A stretch of 64,000 bases of DNA, taken from assembly GCA_964424105.1 (NCBI GenBank), contig CAYRHJ010000028.1:12679-76678 (forward strand). The letters are read 5' to 3'. Below the pieces are notes generated by a model, which did no database searches, was not told the origin of the DNA, and was given only the letters and a program-made list of their open reading frames with translations. Made by a program: the position numbers and the translations under genes. How positions within the stretch are numbered: position 1 is the stretch's first letter; each line of letters opens with the position of its first letter. The DNA is from an uncultured Phycisphaeraceae bacterium. GTDB lineage: Bacteria > Planctomycetota > Phycisphaerae > UBA1845. Of this stretch, positions 28,172-38,049 are shown in pieces.

Positions 28172-30982
28172 TTACGGGCAGGGCGACGGCCCGCCATAGG
28201 TCGCACCCTGTAGCGCGTTCAAGATGACGAAAAGATCGGGCAAACTGATCGTTCCGTTGGGATCGAACGGATCCAGATCAGCCTGATAGAAACTGCACGT
28301 CGAAAAATTGTCGACCAGTGTGTTCAACACACAGAACAGGTCGGGCAGACTGACCGTGGTGTTCTCGTCGGAATCAGCGTGGACGCTCGTCGTAATCGAG
28401 ACGGCGGAGCTTAATGCCGGCGTACCCGGACTGCCGAAATCCGACTGGACCAGGTACGTCTGGTCCGGCACAACTTCAAAACCGGTCGCGTACACCGTGC
28501 CGCCCCATTCCCCGGACGTCAGAAACGCCGCACAATTGGGGTCCATTTGCAGTTTCGCTATGTTGCGCGCACCGGGCGCGCCCAGATACTTCGCCGTCGA
28601 TCCCGGACAATCGGGTGTCACGAGGATGGCGAACGGTTCGGGGCTTGGCGTCGGCGTGATGGCCAAATACCGCGGCCCCTCCCCATCCGCCGAGGGTGCG
28701 GGTGGTACGATTTTCAGCACCTGACCACTGCTTCCAATGGGAGCAAGATCATCTGAAACCAGGACGTAGACCTCGCCGTCCTCGTCTTCGCCGATCCCTT
28801 TCAGGTAATGCCCGATGAACGCCGTCCCACCGGGGGATACGGAAAACTCCCGCCGGACGAAAGCATCGGGCCCCGTTGTTTCGAAATAATACAATCGACC
28901 CGTAGGTCCGAAATCAGCGCTGAAATCTCCGAAAACGTAGCGACTGTTAAGATCAGGATATTCGGTTCCGCGATAGACGAATCCGCCGATCACCGAAATA
29001 CCGCCCGTGGCGTGGTCGTAGTCCATCACGGGATCCAGCAAGGGTTCGCCCAGCAAGCCCGTGCTCGCACAGACCGCCGGCGGCGTACCGGGATCGAAGG
29101 GATCGAAGCATTGGAATCCCTCGCGAATGGCCCAGCCATAATTGCCACCGTTCACGACGATGCTGACTTCCTCGAAAAGCGCTTGCCCGACGTCGGCGAC
29201 GTACAACGCCCCCGACCCTCCCACACCATCATCGAAGGTGAATCGATAGGGATTGCGGAAACCATAGGCATAGACTTCCGGCAGGCCGTCGATGCCGTCG
29301 GCAAACGGGTTGTCCAGCGGGATGGCGTAGGGTGATCCCGTATCCACGTCGATGCGCAACATCGACCCCAACGCCGTCTGCGGATTCAGGCCATTGCCGT
29401 CAGGTCCGTGCGGCAACGAGGGAAGATGGAGACCGTCATTGGCCCCACCACCGTCACCCAGCGAAAAATAAAGGAATCCGTCAGGACCGAAATCCACGTG
29501 CCCGGCGTTGTGGTTGAATTCAGGCTCGTCGACGCTGAACAAAACCGTTTCCGTCGGGTCTGCGACGTTCGGATCACCGATCGACACCGCAAACTCGGAT
29601 AGAATCTCCGAATGACATCCGCGTGACGTTCCGAAACACGGCTCGCTCGGGTCGCCCGCTCGCGGCGCGCTGTATCGAACGAAAAATCGACCGTTGGCTG
29701 CGTAGTTCGGGTGAAAGGCCAGTCCCAAGACCCCTCGCTCGTCGAATCCCGCACTCAACGCGGGAATCAATCCCGTCAGGTCCAGAAACGGCGTGGCCAA
29801 CAGTTGCCCGCCGGAATCGATGATGCGGATCGGCCCGGATTGATCGACAATGAACAGTCTTCCTGAATTGTCCCCCGCGTGGGTCAACAGGACCGGCGAA
29901 ACCAGCGGCGGCACGCCACTGCGAGACGCAGGCCCGACCGCACCAACCGGTTCCAGCGCGACGGGCAACGAAAGAAAATCACAAGTATCGGTATCTTCGT
30001 TACACGATTCATTGAAAGCGCATGGGAATCCGCCCGAAAGGCATCCGCTGACCGCATTACAGATTTCCGCGCCATTGCAAAACAGGCCGTCATCCGCGCA
30101 GTTCGCATTGTTCGGCGTAAAAACGCAATTCCCGCTGTCACATGTGTCGTCCGTACAGAACACCGCGTCGTCGCAATCGGTGTCGTCCAGGCAATTCACA
30201 CATTCGTCGCTCACTTCGTTACACGACTGACCGGGGCAGGGGTCCGATCCCGCTTGACATTGGTCCCCGACGCACTGCTCCGCCCCGTTGCAGAATACGC
30301 CATCATCGCATTGTGGGTCCCCGCTACAGGTGTTATCCGATCCGATACTGGGGTTTCCCACAAAAAAATCCGTCCCCAGCGTCAGTTCCCCCCCGCCCCC
30401 ATTCGTCCCGTCATACGCAATCGACAGCCCCTCGCCGGATTGCGGCGCATGATCCCGAACGCCCGACGTCGACCACAACGGTCCGCCGGGCCTGGTCAGG
30501 TCGGCGGCTACGTTGTGCCGCTCCTGATTGGGACTGCTGCCGGTCACGCCCCATTGAACGTATTCCACCATCCTGTTGTTAGCACCCAGTGAAGTAAAAC
30601 ATCCTGCGGCACTACAATCGTAAATCGATATGCTATCCGTTGCGTTTTCCAATTCCGTCCCACCAAAAGATGACGGAAAGGTCGGCAGGTAAATGTTGTT
30701 CGCGTCGTTGGTACCACTCATACGAAAATGCACGGTCACGATTTGCCCCGGATTCATCGTCATCGCCGGCAAACCGACGTAGACCAGATGGACGCAGAAC
30801 TGCCATCCGCTGAGACTGACCGGCGATACCCCGATGTTTTTCAGCTCCACTTTTTCAAACCCTTGGTCACTACCCGGCGGGTCATACAAGACCTCGTTGA
30901 TGACGACCTGACCATGGGCAGTGATGCCCGCCGCAAGAAAAAGGAGAACGCCCAATATCGTGCTTCCGTGTGATTTCATCAC
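28172..30982 (-). CDS. Exported multidomain PQQ-dependent sugar dehydrogenase (GSDH/Hedgehog-interacting-like) with lamin-tail, Cys-rich and dockerin/EF-hand-like domains
   Basis: Signal peptide; VVINEVLYDP..EKVELKN (LTD); CDDGVFCNGAEQC-type repeats; ERGVLGLAFHP, NHNAGHVDFGPDG and YAYGFRNPYRF propeller; two C-terminal DxDxNxTVSLPDLF-like repeats. Confidence 0.85.
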   Translation of the reverse strand: MMKSHGSTILGVLLFLAAGITAHGQVVINEVLYDPPGSDQGFEKVELKNIGVSPVSLSGWQFCVHLVYVGLPAMTMNPGQIVTVHFRMSGTNDANNIYLPTFPSSFGGTELENATDSISIYDCSAAGCFTSLGANNRMVEYVQWGVTGSSPNQERHNVAADLTRPGGPLWSTSGVRDHAPQSGEGLSIAYDGTNGGGGELTLGTDFFVGNPSIGSDNTCSGDPQCDDGVFCNGAEQCVGDQCQAGSDPCPGQSCNEVSDECVNCLDDTDCDDAVFCTDDTCDSGNCVFTPNNANCADDGLFCNGAEICNAVSGCLSGGFPCAFNESCNEDTDTCDFLSLPVALEPVGAVGPASRSGVPPLVSPVLLTHAGDNSGRLFIVDQSGPIRIIDSGGQLLATPFLDLTGLIPALSAGFDERGVLGLAFHPNYAANGRFFVRYSAPRAGDPSEPCFGTSRGCHSEILSEFAVSIGDPNVADPTETVLFSVDEPEFNHNAGHVDFGPDGFLYFSLGDGGGANDGLHLPSLPHGPDGNGLNPQTALGSMLRIDVDTGSPYAIPLDNPFADGIDGLPEVYAYGFRNPYRFTFDDGVGGSGALYVADVGQALFEEVSIVVNGGNYGWAIREGFQCFDPFDPGTPPAVCASTGLLGEPLLDPVMDYDHATGGISVIGGFVYRGTEYPDLNSRYVFGDFSADFGPTGRLYYFETTGPDAFVRREFSVSPGGTAFIGHYLKGIGEDEDGEVYVLVSDDLAPIGSSGQVLKIVPPAPSADGEGPRYLAITPTPSPEPFAILVTPDCPGSTAKYLGAPGARNIAKLQMDPNCAAFLTSGEWGGTVYATGFEVVPDQTYLVQSDFGSPGTPALSSAVSITTSVHADSDENTTVSLPDLFCVLNTLVDNFSTCSFYQADLDPFDPNGTISLPDLFVILNALQGATYGGPSPCP

Positions 30983-31254
30983 TGATCCCCTTCAAGTTAA
31001 TTTGGGTGAACCACGCAACACGGCGATTTTCCACCGGATAGCCGTTTCCGTATCAATTACGATGATCGAAAGCCGATGTCCTTCTACAACCCATTGTATA
31101 GTCTGATGTCGTAACACTCCCCGCGTATTGCATCGGCTTCGATCGTGTCCGCTTGAAAGGTCAGCCACCGCGGATCGAGTAGGGTTGAAAAGTCGGAAGT
31201 CGCCGCCCATCCCCCCCAAAATTCCCACGAAACGAAAAATGCCATCAGGAAGGG

Positions 31255-32070
31255 TCAGCCACGCGAGGGGGTTTCCGGCAGGATCAACCATTCGGAAGGA
31301 ATCTCAAATGCGTACAACAGGTCTAGAAAATGGGGTTCATCCAACGGCGTCACCTCGTACAAGGAAAGCGGGCCGACCTTTCTCGAAAACACATTCAAAT
31401 CACTATCCACAGGGAGCGAGGTGTCCGCTTCGCGATCGGAGCGGTCGATGATCACCAGCGCCCCGGCGGTTTCAATCTTGCCGGTCAGGTAAATCGTGTC
31501 TTCGCTGATGCAGTTTGCGTAATTCATGCCGGTGACCACCAGGCCTTTCGGCATGGGTTTCAGGAGTAGCCCTTGTTCAAGTCGCTGAAAAAAAGTCATG
31601 GCGAATTCGCGATCATCCTTGCAAACCCATTCGGGCGCGAAATCGCGCGCCGCCGCCATGGAATAGGCTTGATCGAATGTGACGCGCGCGTAGGTCATCG
31701 GCGCCAACGAAGATGAATCATCTTCACCGAGAAAGGCCCAGACACGCCACAGCGCAATCGTTGAAATGACCACCGAAGCCGCGATGGCCAGACGGCGCGC
31801 CCAGACGGCAGCGCTTGTCATCGCGCGCTTGGCTGGCACACTTCCAACCAAGCCGGACTGAATCCGTGTCCAACTCTGGTCCGCGGACGGGGCTTGGTGC
31901 ACTCTGCCAATGGATTCGTCCAATCGTTCTTGAAGGGCCAACGCCTCCGCGAGAATCGGATTGGACGCAAGCTCCTCCTCGAATGCGCGTTTCGCCGACG
32001 CATCAAGCAGATCGTCCAGATATTCATCCAAACGATCGAGGGCGTTCGCCATGTCTCGTTCCCCGTTCAT
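31255..32070 (-). CDS. Probable anti-sigma factor (single TM, extracytoplasmic C-domain)
   Basis: ATGA-coupled to the ECF sigma gene; N-terminal LDEYLDDLLD..RAFEEEL anti-sigma-like helix and a TM segment LAIAASVVISTIALW. Confidence 0.75.
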   Translation of the reverse strand: MNGERDMANALDRLDEYLDDLLDASAKRAFEEELASNPILAEALALQERLDESIGRVHQAPSADQSWTRIQSGLVGSVPAKRAMTSAAVWARRLAIAASVVISTIALWRVWAFLGEDDSSSLAPMTYARVTFDQAYSMAAARDFAPEWVCKDDREFAMTFFQRLEQGLLLKPMPKGLVVTGMNYANCISEDTIYLTGKIETAGALVIIDRSDREADTSLPVDSDLNVFSRKVGPLSLYEVTPLDEPHFLDLLYAFEIPSEWLILPETPSRG

Positions 32071-32672
32071 TTCAAGTCCGATCCGTGCTGATGCCGCGAC
32101 TGCCCCAGCAAACCACGCAGAAATTTCCGCGAGCGATGTACGTGACTCATAGCCGTTCCCGGCGGGATGTCCATGATTTCCGCGATGCGCGAGTAATCCA
32201 GGCCTTCGACGATTCGTAGAATGACGCACGCTCGCGCTACGTCACCCAATTGGCTCAAGCCTTCCACCACCACCTCGTCCATCAACTTTCTATGTACGTC
32301 GGATGGCGTCGAATTCGGGTGTGAATCAGGATTGGAGGGCGGGCGAAGCAGGGCCAGGCCCACCTCTTCGACGTTGGAAACTGGGCGACGTCGGCGTTCC
32401 TTCCTTGCAAGATTCAACGCCACGTACCGGACCATCTTTCCCATCCAGGCGTCGAAACTGGTGCCTCGTCTATAGGTGTCGAATTTGCCCATGGCCACGA
32501 TCGCCGCCTCTTGAACGACATCTTCCGCCAGCGCCCGCTCGCCAACAATTCCCAGCGCGATGCTCCAGAACAATCGAAATGAACGCTTGAATAGACGCGC
32601 GAAATTCTCGGCTGAATCGTCGGATGGATCCCGGCCCTCCTGGCCAGTCGAGCATGAATCGCTGAACACCAT
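32067..32672 (-). CDS. ECF RNA polymerase sigma-70 factor
   Basis: Region 2 (AEDVVQEA..FDAWMGKMVRYVALNLARK) and region 4 (LRIVEGLDYSRIAEIMDIPPGTAMSHVHRSR). Confidence 0.93.
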   Translation of the reverse strand: MVFSDSCSTGQEGRDPSDDSAENFARLFKRSFRLFWSIALGIVGERALAEDVVQEAAIVAMGKFDTYRRGTSFDAWMGKMVRYVALNLARKERRRRPVSNVEEVGLALLRPPSNPDSHPNSTPSDVHRKLMDEVVVEGLSQLGDVARACVILRIVEGLDYSRIAEIMDIPPGTAMSHVHRSRKFLRGLLGQSRHQHGSDLK

Positions 32673-33086
32673 GCCGCCATAATACACTTATATGTCTGAC
32701 AAGGACACGACCATTGCATCACGCGGACGCGCGTGATGGGACGCCTTTCGTCCGCTTAACAATCCGTCAGCGCTCGCCGGGCGATGGTCAATACCAGTAT
32801 TGGTAATGGCCAATTCCACCGCGAATTCATCCGCAGCGATCGCGAACAAATTTCGGACAGCGGAGGCGATTTCTCGCAGATTCGCGGCCTCTTGGACGAA
32901 AATCGCGACTCGTACCGTCTTTTTATGGGTCAAGAGGGTTTTCCGGGCGACAGAAACCGAATAACCTATACATATAGCCGATGACGGTCCTTATATATTA
33001 GTATAGGCCGTCGGTGGGTGTACCATGTCGGGCTTGATGGACGAATCAGAATCTGATGGGATCATCGGTATGCGAAAGGAACTGCC

Positions 33087-33974
33087 ATGAAACGTGCACT
33101 GGCTTCGATGTTGGTTTTTTCAATGGCTGCGAATGTTTTTGCTCAGGAACGCGAACTCTCGCGTTCGCCGGATTCCAGTCGAGGGGGCTTGACGTTTCGC
33201 GCTGCCAGCGACGTGCCCCTGACTGGATTTGATCGCCAGACCGTCGGATCAGCCGAGGTCTACGTCTCCAAAAAGGAGTTATTCAGCGCTAGGGATTTGA
33301 CATCGGCCGAGGCTCGGGAGCGCGGGGCCAGTTTGCAGCTTGGCGCCGATGCAGCCAGCCGACTCGCATCGTTGTCCGGCGAGGGCAAAGCCAATCGATT
33401 GGTCGTCTTCGCCGACGGTGTGCCGAGTTTCGTCGGCGTCATCGACGGACCGATCACCGGCCAATCAGTGGTCCTGTCCGGGCTGTCCACGGATCAAGTC
33501 AGTCGGCTCCTGCGGGCGACGGGTCGCCCCGATGTTGCAACGGATTTGCGGCTCGTTCCGGATCAGAGCATCGCTACGGCGGGGAATCTGATTCTTGTTG
33601 ACGTCTTCGTGCGCCCCGTCCAAAACCTGCGAGGATATCAGGTCGGATTGGTGGTCACGGGTGGCGACAGCGGCAAGCTGGAACTGAAAGACGTCGTGAT
33701 CGATGAAGGTCGCCAAGCCTACGTGTTTACGGGCATCGAGACGCTTCACGCCGTCGATGTAAAATCCAATCGAATGCTCAACGCGCTGCCGGCTGGAACG
33801 GTTCATCTCAAGGACGAATCCTATCTGGCCACTTTCGTCTACCAGGTGTCGGGTGATGCCAAGGGAACCTTTCACGTCAGCGTGAACCAAGCCGGCGAGA
33901 CGATGTTCCTTGACGAGAACGGAACGCAGGTGCTGATCGACCTGAATGCCGCAACGCAGATCACCGTTCGATGA
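33087..33974 (+). CDS. Exported hypothetical protein (SecDF P1-head-like N-domain plus cohesin-like C-domain, tentative)
   Basis: Signal peptide ending VFA-Q with AAGGA RBS; pattern-based domain resemblance only. Confidence 0.7.
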   Translation: MKRALASMLVFSMAANVFAQERELSRSPDSSRGGLTFRAASDVPLTGFDRQTVGSAEVYVSKKELFSARDLTSAEARERGASLQLGADAASRLASLSGEGKANRLVVFADGVPSFVGVIDGPITGQSVVLSGLSTDQVSRLLRATGRPDVATDLRLVPDQSIATAGNLILVDVFVRPVQNLRGYQVGLVVTGGDSGKLELKDVVIDEGRQAYVFTGIETLHAVDVKSNRMLNALPAGTVHLKDESYLATFVYQVSGDAKGTFHVSVNQAGETMFLDENGTQVLIDLNAATQITVR

Positions 33975-34062
33975 TTCGCTGACTCGATGATTCGCTGACT
34001 CGATGATTCGATGACTCGATGATTCGCTGACTCGCTGATTCGATGACGCGCTGATTCGCAGA
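33970..34062. repeat. Degenerate 8/16-bp short tandem repeat (cgatgatt/cgctgact)
   Basis: About 11 imperfect octamer units directly after the 33974 stop codon. Confidence 0.85.
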
Positions 34063-34098
34063 ATCACGGAGTCAACGCCGAACAGCATCCATGCAACC

Positions 34099-34128
34099 AA
34101 GCCGCGCCCGGCACAGCGCGGCTTTTTT
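34099..34128 (+). terminator. Rho-independent terminator
   Basis: aagccgcgc-ccggcaca-gcgcggctt 9-bp stem followed by a T-run, between convergent genes. Confidence 0.75.
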
Positions 34129-34244
34129 CATTACGGCGGTCGCGAAGTATGCCGTTGGTCGCCCACACCACATACGAGCCGCGAGCGCAAGCGCGCGGAA
34201 TTCGCGTCCATCCGAACGGCACGTCGGTCATCGCACCATGTGAT

Positions 34245-36062
34245 CTACGATGCCTCGCGGGCCAACGGCGGATCGAGGATGGGCAGCTTGTCGAGTTCCT
34301 CTTCGATCTTGGTCACTTCCAGTTCTTCAAACAAAACCGATGGCGCGATGATGGATGACGGCGGAGTCGCGCCGCCAAATCCGATCCCAATGTAGTTGTA
34401 AACAGCCTGCTCCGTCCCCGCGGCGACGATCCGCTTCAACGAACGAGCATGGATCGGCCCAAACTCCAGCCCCCGCACCAATTCCTCCCGGCCATCATCC
34501 ACGTAGACCTTGTAGGCATAAACCGGATCGCCCAATCCGTCCTGTCTCCCGCGCTGAGCGCGCATGAAGAACGCGAAAATATCCGATTGACTCGACCCCA
34601 ATCCCGGCGCTTTGATGGCCGCGACTCGCAGGCCATACTCCAACCCTTCTTCCTTGGCAGCTTCGATCAACTGTTTCTTCAGATCATCGTTGGACACACC
34701 TTCGTCGTCTGATATGAACAGGCAACCGATGGCGGCATCGATGCTCCCGCCTCCCGGTGCCCGCCGTCCATGTCCCGACGATCCCGAAAACTTCTTCGTT
34801 GGGATTCGAGACATGACCATTTTCTCCAGCGTGCCGTCCTTGACAATATCCACTCGACGCGCCTTCACGCCCTGGTCATCGATTCGGTAATGGCCGAAAA
34901 GAATCGTATCACCATGTTTCTTCATCGTGGGGTCGTCATAGACTTGGAAGGATTGCGGCAGAATTCGCTCGCCGACTTTCTTCTCCAGATTATCGGCGCC
35001 CTCGAACGTCCGGCGTTGCGTGCCCACGGGGTCCACGTCACCGGCCACGCCCGAGGCCAGCATCTTGCGAAACATCTGCGCCGCCGCCAACCCCTCAAAC
35101 AACACCGGGCCCGTGTAGGATTCAAGATACGGCGCGCTGGCAGCCTTCGTTAACCGGGCCACCATCTCGTCCGCTTCCTTGAGCAACTCGTCCAGCGGCG
35201 GCAGATCCGCCATCGAGTCGCCGGAAAACGTCACGCTGTCGGTCAGTTTCATGCCGTCCTCAGCCTGCGTCTCCGCCGAGATGACCAACAAGGCGCCGGC
35301 GTCGGATGATCGCACGCGCGACCCTTCGGAATTCACCACAAAAGCGTTGCCCGCGCCGACAAACAGGCGGGCGCTGGAATCCTGAATGTCGTCATATTTT
35401 TTGAACTGAGCGGAAATCTTCTGGAGATGCGCTTCCCAGGTTTCGCGATCAAACACCAACTCGGCGCCCGGCTCGATCACCTCAATAGGTTCGCCGGATG
35501 TAAAATCATTGGGCCGATCAACGATGGTCTTGTCCTCCATGTAGGCGCGCTTCTTGGTCAACGTCTCGACGGCCTGCTTGTAATCGTTGTCCGTCGCCCA
35601 CCAGACCGATTGACGGATGGCTAGATAATCGTCGTCAATGGGAAGCGAAGCACTCCCACCGGAACCACCACCGCCACCGAAGAAAAACCCGCCTCCTTCG
35701 CCGCCCGTGAAGTTGGTGTTGTCCAGCTCAAAAGACCCTACGCGAACCTGACTGTAGAACTGCCGAGACCGGCTCCGCTGCGAGTCCGTCAACGCGCCGT
35801 AGGAAGCCTGTAATTCGTATGTGATCGCGTCGTCCACCGAGTATTGAATAAAATACGGCTTCTCCAGGTCCTCCATCTGCAATTCCATCGATCGATTCAT
35901 CTCGTCCACCAACGCCCGCATGATCACGTCGTTGTCAGGAATTATTTCGTCCGCAAAGTTGGCCGGAACGAACCACGCGACCAGAAACATAACCGTCCTG
36001 CTGAGTGAAACCGATTGGCCTGCCACGATAGGTGCTCCTTTTTTTCGGGTTGACTTCATCAT
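34245..36062 (-). CDS. TldD/PmbA family protein, non-catalytic (PmbA/TldE-like) subunit with signal peptide
   Basis: YTGPVLFEG, DDQGVKARRVDIVKDG and SSGHGRR C-terminal motifs; no HExxH; hydrophobic N-terminus. Confidence 0.82.
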   Translation of the reverse strand: MMKSTRKKGAPIVAGQSVSLSRTVMFLVAWFVPANFADEIIPDNDVIMRALVDEMNRSMELQMEDLEKPYFIQYSVDDAITYELQASYGALTDSQRSRSRQFYSQVRVGSFELDNTNFTGGEGGGFFFGGGGGSGGSASLPIDDDYLAIRQSVWWATDNDYKQAVETLTKKRAYMEDKTIVDRPNDFTSGEPIEVIEPGAELVFDRETWEAHLQKISAQFKKYDDIQDSSARLFVGAGNAFVVNSEGSRVRSSDAGALLVISAETQAEDGMKLTDSVTFSGDSMADLPPLDELLKEADEMVARLTKAASAPYLESYTGPVLFEGLAAAQMFRKMLASGVAGDVDPVGTQRRTFEGADNLEKKVGERILPQSFQVYDDPTMKKHGDTILFGHYRIDDQGVKARRVDIVKDGTLEKMVMSRIPTKKFSGSSGHGRRAPGGGSIDAAIGCLFISDDEGVSNDDLKKQLIEAAKEEGLEYGLRVAAIKAPGLGSSQSDIFAFFMRAQRGRQDGLGDPVYAYKVYVDDGREELVRGLEFGPIHARSLKRIVAAGTEQAVYNYIGIGFGGATPPSSIIAPSVLFEELEVTKIEEELDKLPILDPPLAREAS

Positions 36063-36076
36063 TCATCCAGCCCTTC

Positions 36077-37789
36077 TTACATGCCGCGTTGGGCGATGGG
36101 CGGATCGAGAATGGGCGGTTTGTCCTGATCGCGCCTGCGTTTTTCGATTTCAATCTGTGACACCAGTATGCTGGGAGAAACCGCGGACACCGGGACCCAG
36201 CCGGACTCGGCCCCGCATGTCCCGTTGAACACGGCTGGATCGTCGCCCGTGTAGATGATCTTGGTGAACGAGGTCAACGGCGTCCCGACAATATCCACAC
36301 CCCGCACCAGCTCGTCAGGCCGACCATCCACGTAAACACGGTACACCACCACCGGCAGCACCTTGAACGATTGCGCCCCAAAACGCTGCGTGCTGGTAAA
36401 CCCGCCCGTGATGTCTTCGAACAGGTATCCGTATTCCTTACCCTGTGACTTGCACTCTTCCAGAAGCAAGTCCCGCAGCTTGTCAAAACTGACCGTCTTG
36501 TCTGACTTGACCGTCAGGTTGCCCTGCCGAGCCACGACCTTTCGACCCGGCTGCCGGCGACCATGACCGTTCGATTTCGGAAAACCCTCGACGGGCGAGC
36601 GGGACAGCAGAAACGTCTTCAAAATGCCGTTTTCCACCAGGGCGACGTTTTGCGAAGCCACACCCTCGTCGTCGAATCGGTAAAACCCGCGAAGGTCTTC
36701 GCCCTGAAACTCGGCTATCGTGGGGTTGTCGTAAACGCTCAGAAAATCGGGCAAGACTTCCTTGCCGACCTTATTGGTAAACGTCTGTCCTTCTTCGACG
36801 TCCTTTTGTCGATGCCCTTCCACGCGATGTCCGAAGATCTCGTGAAAAAACACGCCGCTGGCCCGGTTCAACAAAATCGCCGGACCCGTGTACGGCTCGA
36901 CCAACGGCGCTTCGCGCAGCGCCTCGACCTTGGCGATCACTTTCTTGAACTCGCGTTCCAAGTCAGACTGCGACGGAAGCTTCGACTCCTGCGACGTGTT
37001 GAACAGAAAGCTTTGGCTCAGGTCCATGCCGTCTTCCGCTTTCGTACTCGCGCTCACGATCACGCGCAGCAGCTTTCGCCCCGTTTGAATGCTCGTGCCC
37101 TCGCTGGTAACCATGAACCGATTCCCAGCCGACGCCGTCAGTCGAACGGACGATCCGTATATCAGCGGATGATCCAACGCGATCTTGGAAACCGCCCGCA
37201 ATCGATCCGCCCAAGCCCCACGGTCCACGTCCACCGCCACGACCGGCTCACCATGGACGTTGGCCTCCTCGCGGGAGAAGTCATCGGATTGATCCTCTTC
37301 CTCGACTTTCGTCTTCAAATTGGTTTGGACGCGCTGATACTTCTTGACGGCTGATTTGAAGGCCCGATCCGTCGCCAACCAGATGGCGTGCTTGATGGCG
37401 TCGGTATCGTCCTCCAGGGCGATCTGCGCCGCCCCGCCGAACATGTCCGAAGGATCGAATCCGAAATCACCGCGAATCTTATGGGTGTTATCCAGCCCGT
37501 GGTCACCGACCCGAACGTCGACGTCCAACAGGCGCTCCGCGTTGACGTCATCGCCCGTTAGCGCGCCCAATTCGGCGCCGATGTTCACCGATTTTTCGTC
37601 CGTAATCGTATAGGCGATGTAGTACGGCTTGACGTCGCCCGACATCGACAGCTTATCCATGCTGTACCGCAGTTCATCGCCCAACAGCTTGATCAGTGCG
37701 TGATCCGGCTTGTCCGCTGCGTCCGCATGGACAACCAGCACCGTGACCGCAACGAACACCGTCCATTTCCAAGTTGCCGTGTGACTCAT
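36077..37789 (-). CDS. tldD: TldD family metalloprotease, catalytic subunit with signal peptide
   Basis: FFHEIFGHRVEGH zinc motif, DDEGV, SNGHGRR and CGAESGWVPVS (conserved Cys); N-terminal WTVFVAVTVLVVHADA signal; GGAG RBS. Confidence 0.85.
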   Translation of the reverse strand: MSHTATWKWTVFVAVTVLVVHADAADKPDHALIKLLGDELRYSMDKLSMSGDVKPYYIAYTITDEKSVNIGAELGALTGDDVNAERLLDVDVRVGDHGLDNTHKIRGDFGFDPSDMFGGAAQIALEDDTDAIKHAIWLATDRAFKSAVKKYQRVQTNLKTKVEEEDQSDDFSREEANVHGEPVVAVDVDRGAWADRLRAVSKIALDHPLIYGSSVRLTASAGNRFMVTSEGTSIQTGRKLLRVIVSASTKAEDGMDLSQSFLFNTSQESKLPSQSDLEREFKKVIAKVEALREAPLVEPYTGPAILLNRASGVFFHEIFGHRVEGHRQKDVEEGQTFTNKVGKEVLPDFLSVYDNPTIAEFQGEDLRGFYRFDDEGVASQNVALVENGILKTFLLSRSPVEGFPKSNGHGRRQPGRKVVARQGNLTVKSDKTVSFDKLRDLLLEECKSQGKEYGYLFEDITGGFTSTQRFGAQSFKVLPVVVYRVYVDGRPDELVRGVDIVGTPLTSFTKIIYTGDDPAVFNGTCGAESGWVPVSAVSPSILVSQIEIEKRRRDQDKPPILDPPIAQRGM

Positions 37790-38011
37790 GTTACGTACTC
37801 CGATTGATGCGCCGTTCCCGTTCGTCTCCCAAGCCATCCACGGGACATGTCTTCCGTGGTCACATCCTACCACCAATTCGGATTGTGCCCAACTGCCTCG
37901 ACAAATCCAGACTTAACCGTGCCGCAAGCGGAAGGCAGCAAGTGGTCCCATGACGCGCTCGCCCGGATCGCGGGCGGGTTTTCTGAATCCAAACGCCCGA
38001 TTCCAAAAAAT

Positions 38012-38029
38012 GCTGCATAGATTTGCATA
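38012..38029 (+). promoter_or_regulatory. ARG box (ArgR operator)
   Basis: GCTGCATAGATTTGCATA resembles the TGCATA-NN-TATGCA palindrome and lies 20 nt upstream of argR. Confidence 0.65.
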
Positions 38030-38049
38030 TTATGCCGAAGGGAGCTAGG

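Noticed and set aside
27525-28172. Integrative element or prophage at tRNA-Leu
   Set aside because: No integrase, no att duplication and no phage genes in the window.
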